Positions 28,317 through 38,181 are shown, counted from the first letter of the stretch. The stretch is DNA of 64,000 nucleotides from Escherichia coli (GCF_016903815.1 NZ_CP069972.1); one strand, 5' to 3'. Notes: generated by a model from the letters alone, not told the origin. Translations and numbers: made by a program.

Positions 28317-30650
28317 GTGCGACAGGAAGTCGCTTAACGTATTGTTTTACATTGATAAAACCAGCTATCCCATTAGCTGTAGCCTACCGGGACAGGCGTT
28401 GCCGGCAACGGCGGGGTCTGAAGCTCCCGGGACAACGAGAGCCGGGCGTCAGCCCGGGTAATGCCCCGTGAGGGGCTTTACCTTGCTGCAAGCATCATGC
28501 GGCAGGAGAGCAAGGCTGGTCAGAAGGGTTAACACATGTGAACTGTTGATAAACACCGTTATCGGCAACAGGCCAAAGATGCTGACAGGCCTGAACCAAA
28601 AGGTACGGGGTCCGGTTGCTACCTCGCGCACAGGGAGCACATGGGCGCAGAGACCCCCGGTGAAGAGACAGAACCCGCCCTGACCCTCTGTATGTTAAGC
28701 GGAACCTGGTAAACCCGTATCGCTGCCTCACAGGCAGGTGAACCGCAAGGAACACTGTTAGCGGTGCGGGCATAGGAGGACGGAAAAAGCGAATGCCCGG
28801 CTGTAATAACCGGGATACGGGGCAGGTTCCCCGACGCGAAAGCGGGCAGACTTCCGTCTGGTCTTTAATTGCATGAAAAGCTGTAAAGCAGTCAAAAGGA
28901 TATCAGCGAGATGAATACACACATCAGTGTGTCCACGATACCCCACCCGACAGGCTGGCACACCATAAACTGGAAAGCATGCCATGCCCGGGTGCGAAAG
29001 CTACAGTTACGGATTGCAAAGGCAACCCGACAGCAACAATGGCGGCAGGTCAGAGAACTACAGCGCATCCTCACCCGCTCATTCTCCGGCAAAGCCGTGG
29101 CTGTCAGGCGTGTAACTGAAAATACCGGTAAAAGGACACCCGGTATTGACGGAAAAATATGGCACACACCGAAGGAGAAATGGGAAGGAATATGCAGCCT
29201 GAATCTGTGTGGTTACAGGCCACAGCCACTACGGCGAATACATATCCCAAAATCAAACGGCAAAACGCGACCGCTGGGCATACCCACAATGAGGGACCGG
29301 GCCATGCAGGCACTGTGGCTGCTGGCTCTGGAACCCGTATCCGAGACCACTGCTGACCATAACAGCTATGGTTTCAGACCAATGCGCAGCACGCATGACG
29401 CCATTGAGTCCATTTTTCTGCGGATGAGCCAGAAAGTATCGCCCAAATGGATACTGGAGGGCGATATTAAAGGGTGCTTCGATAACATCAGCCATGACTG
29501 GCTGCTTTCCCATATTCCGATGGACAGGAGACTGCTTAAAAAATGGTTGAAAGCAGGTTACATGGAAAGAGGCGTGTTTAACCATACGAACAGCGGGACA
29601 CCGCAGGGAGGCATCATATCCCCTGTTCTCGCCAACATGGCTCTGGACGGACTGGAGAAGGAACTGATGCAAACGTTCAGGAAAAGTGGTTATCACAGTG
29701 CAAAGCACCAGGTGAATTATGTGAGATATGCTGATGATTTCATCTGTTCAGGCAGCTCCCGTGAATTGCTGGAAAATGAGGTCAGACCACTGATTGCAGC
29801 TTTCATGCGCGAACGAGGGCTGGAACTGTCGGAAGAAAAAACAGCGATCACACATATAGATAAAGGCTTCGACTTTTTAGGGCAGAACGTCAGGAAGTAC
29901 AACGGTAAAATGCTGATTAAACCGTCGAAGAAAAACCTGAAGAACTTCCTCTGTAAAGTCAGAGAAATAATTAAACGCAATCCGACGCTCCCGGCATGGA
30001 AACTGATAGGCCAGCTAAACCCGGTGATCCGGGGATGGGCTACCTATCACCGACACGTCGTGGCGAAAGAAACATTTAATTATGTCGACACCCAAATCTG
30101 GCGAGCTATATGGCGATGGTGTGTAAGACGGCATCCCCGGAAAGGATTGCGGTGGATCGCCGGACGATACTTCTCCTTTGAAGGCAGGCGCTGGATCTTT
30201 AAAGCCATAACCCCGGAAGGGAAAATTCTGACACTCTTCCGGGCAATGGAAACACCGATAAAGCGCCATATAAAAATCAAAGGCGAAGCAACACCATACA
30301 CCCCCGGAATGGAAATCTACTTTGAACGTCGTCTGGATCTAATCTGGAAAGGCAAATCAAAGAAGATGAAGACAGTAGTTCAACTCTGGAAGAGGCAGGG
30401 GAAACACTGTCCGCAGTGCGGACAACTCATAACCAACCAGACCGGATGGAATATACATCACCGGATCAGGAAAGTTATGGGCGGCAGTGACGAACTGACC
30501 AATCTCGAGTTGTTACATCCGAACTGCCACCGACAGTTACACAGCAGGGAAGCCGGTGCTCACCGAAAGCACTTATAAAGGCTTGAGCGGAGTGCGGGGA
30601 AACTCGCACGCTCCGTTCTTAGGGGGCGGCGGCGCAGCAATGTGCCGCTG
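28317..30650 (+). mobile_element. Group II intron (about 2.3 kb) with intron-encoded RT/maturase/HNH protein
   Basis: 5' GTGCG at 28317; about 590 nt of upstream structured RNA; ORF in domain IV; domain V hairpin GAGCGGAGTGCGGGGAAACTCGCACGCTCCGTTC at 30585-30618; 3' end approximate. Confidence 0.75.
28911..30578 (+). CDS. Group II intron-encoded protein: reverse transcriptase, maturase, HNH endonuclease (555 aa)
   Basis: RT motifs (GIDG, YADD) and C-terminal Cys/His HNH segment (CPQCGQ...HHRIRKVMGGSD...HPNCH). Confidence 0.85.
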   Translation: MNTHISVSTIPHPTGWHTINWKACHARVRKLQLRIAKATRQQQWRQVRELQRILTRSFSGKAVAVRRVTENTGKRTPGIDGKIWHTPKEKWEGICSLNLCGYRPQPLRRIHIPKSNGKTRPLGIPTMRDRAMQALWLLALEPVSETTADHNSYGFRPMRSTHDAIESIFLRMSQKVSPKWILEGDIKGCFDNISHDWLLSHIPMDRRLLKKWLKAGYMERGVFNHTNSGTPQGGIISPVLANMALDGLEKELMQTFRKSGYHSAKHQVNYVRYADDFICSGSSRELLENEVRPLIAAFMRERGLELSEEKTAITHIDKGFDFLGQNVRKYNGKMLIKPSKKNLKNFLCKVREIIKRNPTLPAWKLIGQLNPVIRGWATYHRHVVAKETFNYVDTQIWRAIWRWCVRRHPRKGLRWIAGRYFSFEGRRWIFKAITPEGKILTLFRAMETPIKRHIKIKGEATPYTPGMEIYFERRLDLIWKGKSKKMKTVVQLWKRQGKHCPQCGQLITNQTGWNIHHRIRKVMGGSDELTNLELLHPNCHRQLHSREAGAHRKHL

Positions 30651-30856
30651 CTACCCGACCAATAAAAGACAGCCAGAAACGGTGACAGTGTCACGGAATA
30701 TCACACCTGTTCCCTGCATACAGCCATACACTACCTTCTGACCGGAAAGCCGGGCCGGCAGCGCCGCAGGCGCTGCACCCCGCGTTTCCGGCAGGCGTCA
30801 GCCTGCCAGGGGTTTTCGCGCGGGCTGACAGGCGGCCTCCACCGCCTGCCCCTGTA

Positions 30857-31048
30857 TCACCTGTTTCTGCTGCCCTGAAGGATGTAGTGACCGCCCAGGA
30901 AAACCGCCTGCTGATTCGCCACAAAATCGCAGATTTCATCAACAATCTGCGCGGTGGTGAGCGGTTTCTGCCCCATTTCACGACGCCGCGCATTAATCAC
31001 GGCCCTGTAATTACGCAGAATTTCGCGGGTTTCTGTGCTGATATTCAT
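30857..31048 (-). CDS. Small hypothetical leading-region protein (63 aa)
   Basis: ATG overlaps stop of upstream ORF (ATGA); SD GGAGA. Confidence 0.4.
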   Translation of the reverse strand: MNISTETREILRNYRAVINARRREMGQKPLTTAQIVDEICDFVANQQAVFLGGHYILQGSRNR

Positions 31049-31467
31049 GACATCGTCTCCCCGTCCAGCGCCTGCAACACAACGTCCATTGCTTCGAGTT
31101 CCTCCCTGACGAATGCGTCACCGTCGCCCCCGTTCTCACTCCCGACGGCATACAGGCGCTTCATTTCACTACCTGCCAGCGCCATCACTTTTTCCAGCAT
31201 CACCGCCGGGACTGTCACATGACGGCTGGCGCGCTTTTCTTCCATCAGTTCATTGACAATATCGGAAACAACTCTGTCACATGCGCCATATACAAAAGCA
31301 TCGTCCAGCCGCTGCATGACGGTTTCCAGCTCATCGTCTGACAGGTTCCAGTCCTGGGCTATGTGACGCACATCCCCACGGGTCAGCACCACGGCAAAAA
31401 CGCATTCACTGTCCGGCACGTCTGTATCCAGTACATCGCGGATGATTTCTTTAACAGTACAGTACAT
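31045..31467 (-). CDS. Hypothetical leading-region protein (140 aa), paralog of 33170-33604
   Basis: SD AAAGGAGA; shares the LSDxEixTVxxRLxD segment and overall pattern with the 144-aa ORF at 33170-33604. Confidence 0.5.
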   Translation of the reverse strand: MYCTVKEIIRDVLDTDVPDSECVFAVVLTRGDVRHIAQDWNLSDDELETVMQRLDDAFVYGACDRVVSDIVNELMEEKRASRHVTVPAVMLEKVMALAGSEMKRLYAVGSENGGDGDAFVREELEAMDVVLQALDGETMS

Positions 31468-31513
31468 GTTCTCGTCTCCTTTACAGGGGCGGCATTGCCG
31501 CCCCGTCCGTTAA

Positions 31514-31939
31514 TCAGTCAAGTGCCGCGTAAATCGCGTTGCATTCGGGGTGAAATTCGATGTGGCTCCACAACTGCGCATCACGCATCCTGTACAGGTG
31601 TGTCAACCCTGCATCCCCGCTGTCGTGGTACAGCCACAACTGGCGGTTAATCACAAGGGAGGTAAGGATGATGCCTGCGGCATCAGCGCTCACGGTACGG
31701 TCAAACCAGTTTGCACCGTTCACCATGTGGAAACGGTCGCCATCCGGCATCATGTAACCGCCACCGTCCGGCAGGCGGATGAAGTGCCAGAATCCGCCTT
31801 CATATTCCGGCATCATTTTTTTCGCCAGCGCGTATACAGACGCTTCGGCATACAGAAAATCCAGGCCAAACAGGTAAGGCAGAAAAGACAGACGGTCGCA
31901 CTCTTCAACGTTCAGAGTGACAGGTTTCGCATATTGCAT
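31514..31939 (-). CDS. KlcA/ArdB-like antirestriction protein (141 aa)
   Basis: Size and sequence character of the KlcA/ArdB family; sits behind the same hairpin repeat family that precedes ardA; SD GGAGGA. Confidence 0.55.
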   Translation of the reverse strand: MQYAKPVTLNVEECDRLSFLPYLFGLDFLYAEASVYALAKKMMPEYEGGFWHFIRLPDGGGYMMPDGDRFHMVNGANWFDRTVSADAAGIILTSLVINRQLWLYHDSGDAGLTHLYRMRDAQLWSHIEFHPECNAIYAALD

Positions 31940-31954
31940 GATGTTTTCCTCCGT

Positions 31955-32286
31955 TGTTCACATATTCCGCGACACCGGGCGGTGCCGTGCCTCCATCTTT
32001 GCCGGGCCTGCAGGGTTGCAAGGGCGCAAGGGAAGCCGCAGCCTGACGCGCACGGCTGACGGGAGTTGAAGGGTGAGACCGCGAAATCTGAGCGGGTGAA
32101 CGACCGGAAAATCACGGCAGACGGGAAGGAGGGACCGGGTGACCGCAGCGGTTCACCTTACCTTGCAACCCGCCCGCAGAAGCCCGGCTACGATGGAGGC
32201 ACGGCACAGCCCGCACACGGCGCTGAGGCCACATAACTGAAAACCCACAAGGCCATGCCCCGCATGGCCGGGTAAAGCGGAGCCTG
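31955..32286 (-). promoter_or_regulatory. Family-2 hairpin repeat, copy 2 (upstream of klcA-like gene)
   Basis: Near-identical to 22660-22992. Confidence 0.6.
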
Positions 32287-32354
32287 CGGCGACATCCTTT
32301 TGCTCTTTCCGGGGACCGGCTGGAAAAGGCGGAGATTTTTCCCCGCCAGCGTCA

Positions 32355-33125
32355 TCATTTCCGGATTTTCGCCAGTGCATCCGCCATGCTGCGGATTTCA
32401 GTCCGGGCTTCCAGGACCACCTCCCGCAGAATATCCCGGTCAAACCAGCGACGGGACGGTTCATCCGGTATACGCAGCACATCGCAGGCCAGCCCACTGG
32501 ACAGGATATGCTCCACACACTCACTGACCAGATACATTTCCACCGACGAAAAACGAGCGCCCCGGTTCAGGATGGCATCGAGCACCACGGGCAGGTTTTC
32601 GTCGTCTTCATCGAGCCAGCAGGGGTGATCGCTTTCCTTCACAACCAGGCGAAAGCGGCGCGTCTGGCGGGTCAGCAACGTCTGACCGGTTGTGGTCAGC
32701 GCCGCCCTGATACGCCGCGCATCTTCTGCCACCCGGCAACTGACACTGCGTACCGCATCGTGCACCGCATCAAGAACTGCCCTGATTTCGTCTTCGGTCA
32801 GCCATTCTCCGGCATACGGGAAAGACACCTGCGTTCCGTCTGCCGGAAGTACCGGCAGCGACTGCCACTGACTGCCGGACAGAACAAGTTCCGCCCCGGT
32901 TCCGGTCAGTTTCTGAATGGCAGAGGCCAGGAGCGGCGGCAGTACGCCGCCGTGACGGTTGATAAGTAACGTCGCCAGCCGGGGCGCATCCAGCAGAACA
33001 TAAATGCTGATCCAGCCCGGATACTTCGGGTTACGCTGGTCAACATCCGTCTCTTCCGGCCAGCCCTGCGCCAGCAGCAGGTTACGGGCGTGGCGACAAA
33101 TCAGTGCATTCAGCGTTTCGTTCAT
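32355..33125 (-). CDS. Hypothetical leading-region protein (256 aa)
   Basis: ATG at 33125 with GGGAGA upstream; no recognised domain. Confidence 0.45.
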   Translation of the reverse strand: MNETLNALICRHARNLLLAQGWPEETDVDQRNPKYPGWISIYVLLDAPRLATLLINRHGGVLPPLLASAIQKLTGTGAELVLSGSQWQSLPVLPADGTQVSFPYAGEWLTEDEIRAVLDAVHDAVRSVSCRVAEDARRIRAALTTTGQTLLTRQTRRFRLVVKESDHPCWLDEDDENLPVVLDAILNRGARFSSVEMYLVSECVEHILSSGLACDVLRIPDEPSRRWFDRDILREVVLEARTEIRSMADALAKIRK

Positions 33126-33169
33126 GATTCATGGTCTCCCTGAATCGCCGCCCGCAGGCGGCGATAACA

Positions 33170-33604
33170 TCAGTCGTTTTCGCGTGTGTTGTTTTTCAGC
33201 AGGGCGCGGGCCTGATTAACCACCGCCTGTCGGCGGGTGACGCATTCCGGGACGGCGAGGCCGTTATCACGGGCGGCCCACTCACGTTTCCACAGTGCCT
33301 GTTCGGCGGTCTGAATCAGGGACGCCAGCAGTTCAGCAGGGACGGTCACCTGGCGGTTTTCTCTCACGTTATTGATGATCTCCATCGCCGCACCGGAAGA
33401 AATACCGGATTCAGTCCGCTGGTCTTCCGGGATGTCCTCCAGGCGCGCCAGGACAGTCCTGATTTCATGATCGGACAGGGAAATATCCATTCCGTCAGCG
33501 AGGGCCTGAATTTCTTCCGGGGACCAGATAACCAGCATCAGCGGCGTATCTCCCGGATACTTTGCTGCCAGCGCCCGGCAGAGCGTTTCGCATGTTCCGT
33601 ACAT
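33170..33604 (-). CDS. Hypothetical leading-region protein (144 aa), paralog of 31045-31467
   Basis: SD AAGGAGA; similar to the 140-aa ORF. Confidence 0.5.
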   Translation of the reverse strand: MYGTCETLCRALAAKYPGDTPLMLVIWSPEEIQALADGMDISLSDHEIRTVLARLEDIPEDQRTESGISSGAAMEIINNVRENRQVTVPAELLASLIQTAEQALWKREWAARDNGLAVPECVTRRQAVVNQARALLKNNTREND

Positions 33605-33617
33605 TCTCGTCTCCTTC

Positions 33618-33839
33618 TCAATCTTTGAAGCAGGAATCCAGTTCCAGAATTTCGGTATACGCTTCCATGAACAGGCGATTGGCGCGATACAGCGTCTGGC
33701 GTGTCAGGCGTTCAACAAGCACATCGGAATCAAAGCGACAGCGATGCTCCATATCGTTCAGCCTGGCCCGAAGGTCACACATGGTGTTGGCCACCTCCGC
33801 CACGTCGGCGCGAAGTTTTTCGTGTCCGGCATAGTTCAT
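33618..33839 (-). CDS. Small hypothetical protein (73 aa) downstream of the methyltransferase
   Basis: ATG directly after the methyltransferase stop (TAAATG); SD CCGGAGG. Confidence 0.4.
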   Translation of the reverse strand: MNYAGHEKLRADVAEVANTMCDLRARLNDMEHRCRFDSDVLVERLTRQTLYRANRLFMEAYTEILELDSCFKD

Positions 33840-34523
33840 TTACGCAGCCTCCGGTTCAAACCAGTTATCATTCGCGGCCCCCTGCTGCATGGCCCGTTGC
33901 ACGGCGGTCAGTCGTTGCTGTCCGGCACGGTGATACTGTTCAAGCAGCTCGATACCGATATACCGGCGTCCGGACTGAAGAGCGGCCACGCAGGTTGATC
34001 CGCTGCCTGCAAACGGGTCCAGCACAATCGCGTTCGGATGTGTGAAGCTCTCAATCAGTGGTTGCAGGCTGGTAACGGGCTTTTCCGTCGGGTGATGGCG
34101 ATTGCCCGAATATTTCCAGCCCAGCACGTCCGGCAGCGGGTTTTGTGGCAGACGTGGACGGCCTTTTGCCAGGATGTAGGCACATTCGTGGCGATAGCCC
34201 ACATATGCGGCCTTCGATGTGTAGTTTTTGGTGAAGACCAGGTGACCAACAACGCTGAATCCCGCATTTTTCCAGGCAGACATAAAACGATCGACGCGAT
34301 TCCAGCCATAGAAGCTCACCATTAACGCGTCTTTTTTGAGTACGCGGTACATCTCATTACAGGCCGGTTGCAGCCATTCATCGGTTTTATCGCCGGCAAT
34401 GGTACGCCCCTGACGGTCACGAAAACCGACGAGGTACGGCGGGTCGGTGAGGATGAAATCAATGGCGTTATCAGGGATACGGGCCATAACATCGATGCAG
34501 TTACCGAGGACAAAACGGGACAT
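33840..34523 (-). CDS. Orphan DNA methyltransferase, DPPY motif (227 aa)
   Basis: Catalytic motif IV DPPY (FILTDPPYL) and AdoMet motif (LDPFAGSGST); no adjacent restriction endonuclease gene. Confidence 0.75.
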   Translation of the reverse strand: MSRFVLGNCIDVMARIPDNAIDFILTDPPYLVGFRDRQGRTIAGDKTDEWLQPACNEMYRVLKKDALMVSFYGWNRVDRFMSAWKNAGFSVVGHLVFTKNYTSKAAYVGYRHECAYILAKGRPRLPQNPLPDVLGWKYSGNRHHPTEKPVTSLQPLIESFTHPNAIVLDPFAGSGSTCVAALQSGRRYIGIELLEQYHRAGQQRLTAVQRAMQQGAANDNWFEPEAA

Positions 34524-34876
34524 ACCAAACTCCTTCTCTTACAGAGGGCACCGGGAGGGCACCCCTGTGGTGCCCGTTCCCCGCTGCCTGTGGGCTGTTC
34601 ACCGCGTCCGGTAACGGGTCAGGCCGACCGTGGAATACCGCAGCCGTCGTCTTTTTGACGGCAAGGCTATGCCGCGAAAGCGGCTTGAAGGGCGTTCATC
34701 AGAAAAGGGCGACGGGCTGGCGTACACTGTCACCGACGCCAGCCGGGAGCGGTAAAAGCGCCCGTCCCGTGCCCGGCCGGACGCGGACACTGACCACAGG
34801 CAGCGTTTATGCCGCGCCGCGTCAGCCGGCGCAGTAAAAAGAGGAGCACGGCGACATCCTTTACCGGAAAAGAAAC

Positions 34877-34900
34877 GGGCGGTTGCCCGCCCGTCTCCGT
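34877..34900 (-). terminator. Intrinsic terminator after the 308-aa ORF
   Basis: Minus-strand hairpin ACGGGCGGGCAACCGCCCGT followed by a U-rich tract. Confidence 0.45.
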
Positions 34901-34906
34901 CATACT

Positions 34907-35833
34907 TCATCCGCCATAATGCGCCACATTGTCGATTATCCACGCAGGTCCGGTGACTTCCGGCAGCTCATCATCATCTGTCGGGGAAGACCATTCCAGT
35001 TCCCCCCACAGCACATCAACGAGCTCTCCGCGCTCATACAACTGCCAGCCACAGAAATTGCAGCCCTGTTCGGCGTACCAGTGCTCCAGCGTGCAGCCGA
35101 AACGGCGGCTTAATTCTGCAACAACGTCGCTTTCCGGCTGACACCACGGCGTGTCGAAATCTACCTGAATGAAGTTTTCCCCCTGACTGCTGATATTCAG
35201 GTCATACCCACAAGGCCACTTCACGCCATACCGTTCTGTATACCAGTGATATGCAGAAGGAACACCGTTCAGAACACCGCCGTTAAAGCCATTCACTTCA
35301 ATATCCAGGCGGGTCGGCAAAACCGTCAGCAGGTCAAACGGCATGGTTTTTTCCGGCAGTACGTTGTCACACAGACGGTTCCACCACACCGATACATCCT
35401 CGTTACCCCAGATGTCACACCAGTCACCTCTTTTTGCGGTGAAATGCACAGTGATAGTTTCCCTGACATCATCCGGTAACTCTTCCCAGCGACGCTGTCC
35501 AGTACCGCTCTGCAGCCAGAGTTCATGCAGCATCAGGCAGTTTTGCTCATCCAGCAGTACACCGTTCTGCAGGTGTGTCAGCCAGCGGGTGAACGCGATA
35601 TTTTCCGGTGATACAGCACCACGTCCGGCAGCCGTCACTCCGGGGCACTGCTCAGAGCGGATATTTTCAGTGATCTGCAGAAGTCCGGCACTTCCGGCCA
35701 GAAACAGCTGAATACCTTCATTTGTGGCGCGGCGATAAAGCGGTGTAACTGCACCGCTGGCCAGTCGTTTAATCTCAGCGATCTGTGCCGGTTCACCAGA
35801 AAAATACATACGATTCGAGCACCAGTTTGGCAT
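34907..35833 (-). CDS. Hypothetical leading-region protein (308 aa)
   Basis: ATG at 35833 with SD GGAG 8 nt upstream; Trp/Cys-rich; no recognised domain. Confidence 0.5.
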   Translation of the reverse strand: MPNWCSNRMYFSGEPAQIAEIKRLASGAVTPLYRRATNEGIQLFLAGSAGLLQITENIRSEQCPGVTAAGRGAVSPENIAFTRWLTHLQNGVLLDEQNCLMLHELWLQSGTGQRRWEELPDDVRETITVHFTAKRGDWCDIWGNEDVSVWWNRLCDNVLPEKTMPFDLLTVLPTRLDIEVNGFNGGVLNGVPSAYHWYTERYGVKWPCGYDLNISSQGENFIQVDFDTPWCQPESDVVAELSRRFGCTLEHWYAEQGCNFCGWQLYERGELVDVLWGELEWSSPTDDDELPEVTGPAWIIDNVAHYGG

Positions 35834-36156
35834 GGGAATTCTCCTCTCACATGCGGCCTCCATCAGGCCGTGCCGCACCTGTTACCGGGCGACCGCATAC
35901 GAATGCAGGTGCGGCCCCGAAGCCGCAGCGCGTGGAGGAGGAACGACGAAACGTGACCGGGTGAGGAGGCCGGCGACAGCGACACACTTGCATCGGATGC
36001 AGCCCGGTTAACGTGCCGGCACGGCCTGGGTAACCAGGTATTTTGTCCACAGAACCGTGCACAAAATGCTGTGGATAAGCTGGACACAGCAGCCCACAGC
36101 AGGCATACAGCCACACACTCAGAGAATTGAGCGTTTTTTAGTCACAACAATGACAT

Positions 36157-36203
36157 TTGACTGTGTGCGGATTCAGTTATTAGAATACTGTATAAACATA
36201 CAG
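36157..36203 (+). promoter_or_regulatory. impCAB promoter with LexA (SOS) box
   Basis: -35 TTGACT (36157-36162), -10 TAGAAT (36181-36186), then perfect SOS box CTGTATAAACATACAG (36188-36203). Confidence 0.75.
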
Positions 36204-36227
36204 CATAAAGAAAAGGGAGATGAGAAC

Positions 36228-36476
36228 ATGATCCGCATTGAAATTCTTTTCGACCGCCAGAGCACAAAAAACCTCAAATCAGGCACACTTCAGGCGCTAC
36301 AGAATGAAATCGAACAACGTCTGAAACCACACTACCCGGAAATCTGGCTGCGTATAGACCAGGGCAGCGCCCCGTCTGTATCTGTCACAGGAGCCCGCAA
36401 CGACAAGGATAAAGAACGTATCCTGTCTCTGCTGGAAGAAATCTGGCAGGACGACAGCTGGCTGCCTGCAGCATGA
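36228..36476 (+). CDS. impC: ImpC (82 aa), first gene of the impCAB operon
   Basis: ATG at 36228 after AAGGGAG; small protein preceding umuD-like and umuC-like genes. Confidence 0.75.
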   Translation: MIRIEILFDRQSTKNLKSGTLQALQNEIEQRLKPHYPEIWLRIDQGSAPSVSVTGARNDKDKERILSLLEEIWQDDSWLPAA

Positions 36477-36910
36477 GTACCGTTTATCACCGTCCGGCTG
36501 ACCCTTCAGGCGATGACAGTTACGTGCGACCGTTGTTTGCCGATCGTTGCCAGGCCGGTTTTCCTTCGCCTGCCACTGATTATGCTGAGCAGGAACTGGA
36601 TCTGAACAGCTATTGCATCAGCAGACCTGCAGCCACCTTCTTTCTGCGCGCCAGCGGTGAATCGATGAACCAGGCTGGCGTGCAGAATGGTGATCTGCTG
36701 GTAGTGGACAGGGCCGAAAAACCACAACACGGGGACATCGTTATCGCTGAGATCGACGGTGAGTTCACCGTCAAACGACTGCTGTTGCGCCCACGCCCGG
36801 CACTGGAGCCGGTTTCAGACAGCCCGGAGTTCCGCACACTGTATCCGGAAAACATCTGTATTTTTGGTGTTGTCACTCACGTGATACACAGGACGCGGGA
36901 GTTACGCTGA
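36473..36910 (+). CDS. impA: ImpA, UmuD-like S24 peptidase (145 aa)
   Basis: LexA/UmuD-type Ser-Lys dyad context (ASGESM ... K); ATGA overlap with impC stop. Confidence 0.85.
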   Translation: MSTVYHRPADPSGDDSYVRPLFADRCQAGFPSPATDYAEQELDLNSYCISRPAATFFLRASGESMNQAGVQNGDLLVVDRAEKPQHGDIVIAEIDGEFTVKRLLLRPRPALEPVSDSPEFRTLYPENICIFGVVTHVIHRTRELR

Positions 36911-38181
36911 TGTTTGCACTGGCTGATATCAACAGTTTCTACGCCTCATGTGAAAAAGTTTTCCGCCCGGACCTTCGCAACGAACCGGTCATCGTACTCA
37001 GCAATAACGATGGCTGTGTGATCGCGCGCAGCCCGGAGGCAAAAGCCCTTGGCATCAGAATGGGGCAGCCCTGGTTTCAGGTGAGACAAATGCGCCTGGA
37101 GAAGAAAATACATGTATTTTCCAGCAATTATGCGCTGTACCACAGCATGAGCCAACGGGTTATGGCTGTTCTGGAGTCGCTTTCTCCCGCAGTTGAGCCC
37201 TACTCAATTGATGAAATGTTCATTGATTTGCGGGGGATAAATCATTGCATCTCTCCGGAGATTTTTGGTCATCAGCTCAGGGAACAGGTAAAGAGCTGGA
37301 CAGGACTCACCATGGGGGTGGGCATTGCGCCTACAAAAACGCTGGCTAAAAGTGCCCAGTGGGCAACAAAGCAATGGCCACAGTTTTCCGGTGTGGTCGC
37401 GCTGACGGCAGAAAACCGTAATCGGATCTTGAAGCTACTGGGGTTGCAGCCAGTTGGTGAGGTCTGGGGAGTAGGACGCAGACTGACGGAAAAGCTGAAT
37501 GCGCTGGGTATTAACACAGCACTGCAGCTGGCGCAGGCTAACACGGCATTCATCCGGAAAAACTTCAGCGTCATTCTTGAGCGTACGGTACGCGAACTCA
37601 ACGGCGAGTCCTGCATATCTCTGGAAGAAGCACCGCCGGCAAAACAGCAGATTGTCTGTAGTCGCAGTTTTGGTGAACGAATCACAGACAAAGATGCCAT
37701 GCACCAGGCTGTTGTTCAGTATGCAGAGCGGGCCGCAGAGAAACTACGTGGGGAGCGTCAGTATTGCCGGCAGGTGACGACATTTGTACGGACATCCCCC
37801 TTTGCAGTAAAAGAACCCTGTTACAGCAATGCCGCTGTGGAAAAGCTTCCATTGCCCACACAGGACAGCCGGGACATTATTGCCGCAGCATGCAGAGCGT
37901 TAAACCATGTCTGGCGTGAAGGGTACCGCTATATGAAGGCAGGTGTCATGCTGGCTGATTTCACACCATCGGGTATAGCGCAGCCGGGATTATTTGATGA
38001 AATCCAGCCCCGTAAAAACAGTGAAAAGTTAATGAAAACACTCGATGAACTGAACCAGTCGGGAAAAGGGAAAGTGTGGTTTGCGGGGCGAGGAACCGCC
38101 CCTGAATGGCAAATGAAACGGGAAATGCTTTCTCCTGCGTATACCACCAGATGGACAGATTTGCCAGTAGCCCAGTTATGA
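36910..38181 (+). CDS. impB: ImpB, UmuC-like Y-family translesion polymerase (423 aa)
   Basis: N-terminal MFALADINSFYASCE typical of UmuC/DinB family; overlaps impA stop. Confidence 0.85.
   Translation: MFALADINSFYASCEKVFRPDLRNEPVIVLSNNDGCVIARSPEAKALGIRMGQPWFQVRQMRLEKKIHVFSSNYALYHSMSQRVMAVLESLSPAVEPYSIDEMFIDLRGINHCISPEIFGHQLREQVKSWTGLTMGVGIAPTKTLAKSAQWATKQWPQFSGVVALTAENRNRILKLLGLQPVGEVWGVGRRLTEKLNALGINTALQLAQANTAFIRKNFSVILERTVRELNGESCISLEEAPPAKQQIVCSRSFGERITDKDAMHQAVVQYAERAAEKLRGERQYCRQVTTFVRTSPFAVKEPCYSNAAVEKLPLPTQDSRDIIAAACRALNHVWREGYRYMKAGVMLADFTPSGIAQPGLFDEIQPRKNSEKLMKTLDELNQSGKGKVWFAGRGTAPEWQMKREMLSPAYTTRWTDLPVAQL

Noticed and set aside
27801-28337. ORF-track hits inside repeat copy C (27801-28337 +, 27863-28276 +)
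   Set aside because: Repeat sequence, not coding
34599-34943. 114-aa ORF in the GC-rich gap between the methyltransferase and the 308-aa ORF
   Set aside because: Arg-rich implausible product in a hairpin-rich spacer that also contains the upstream gene's terminator
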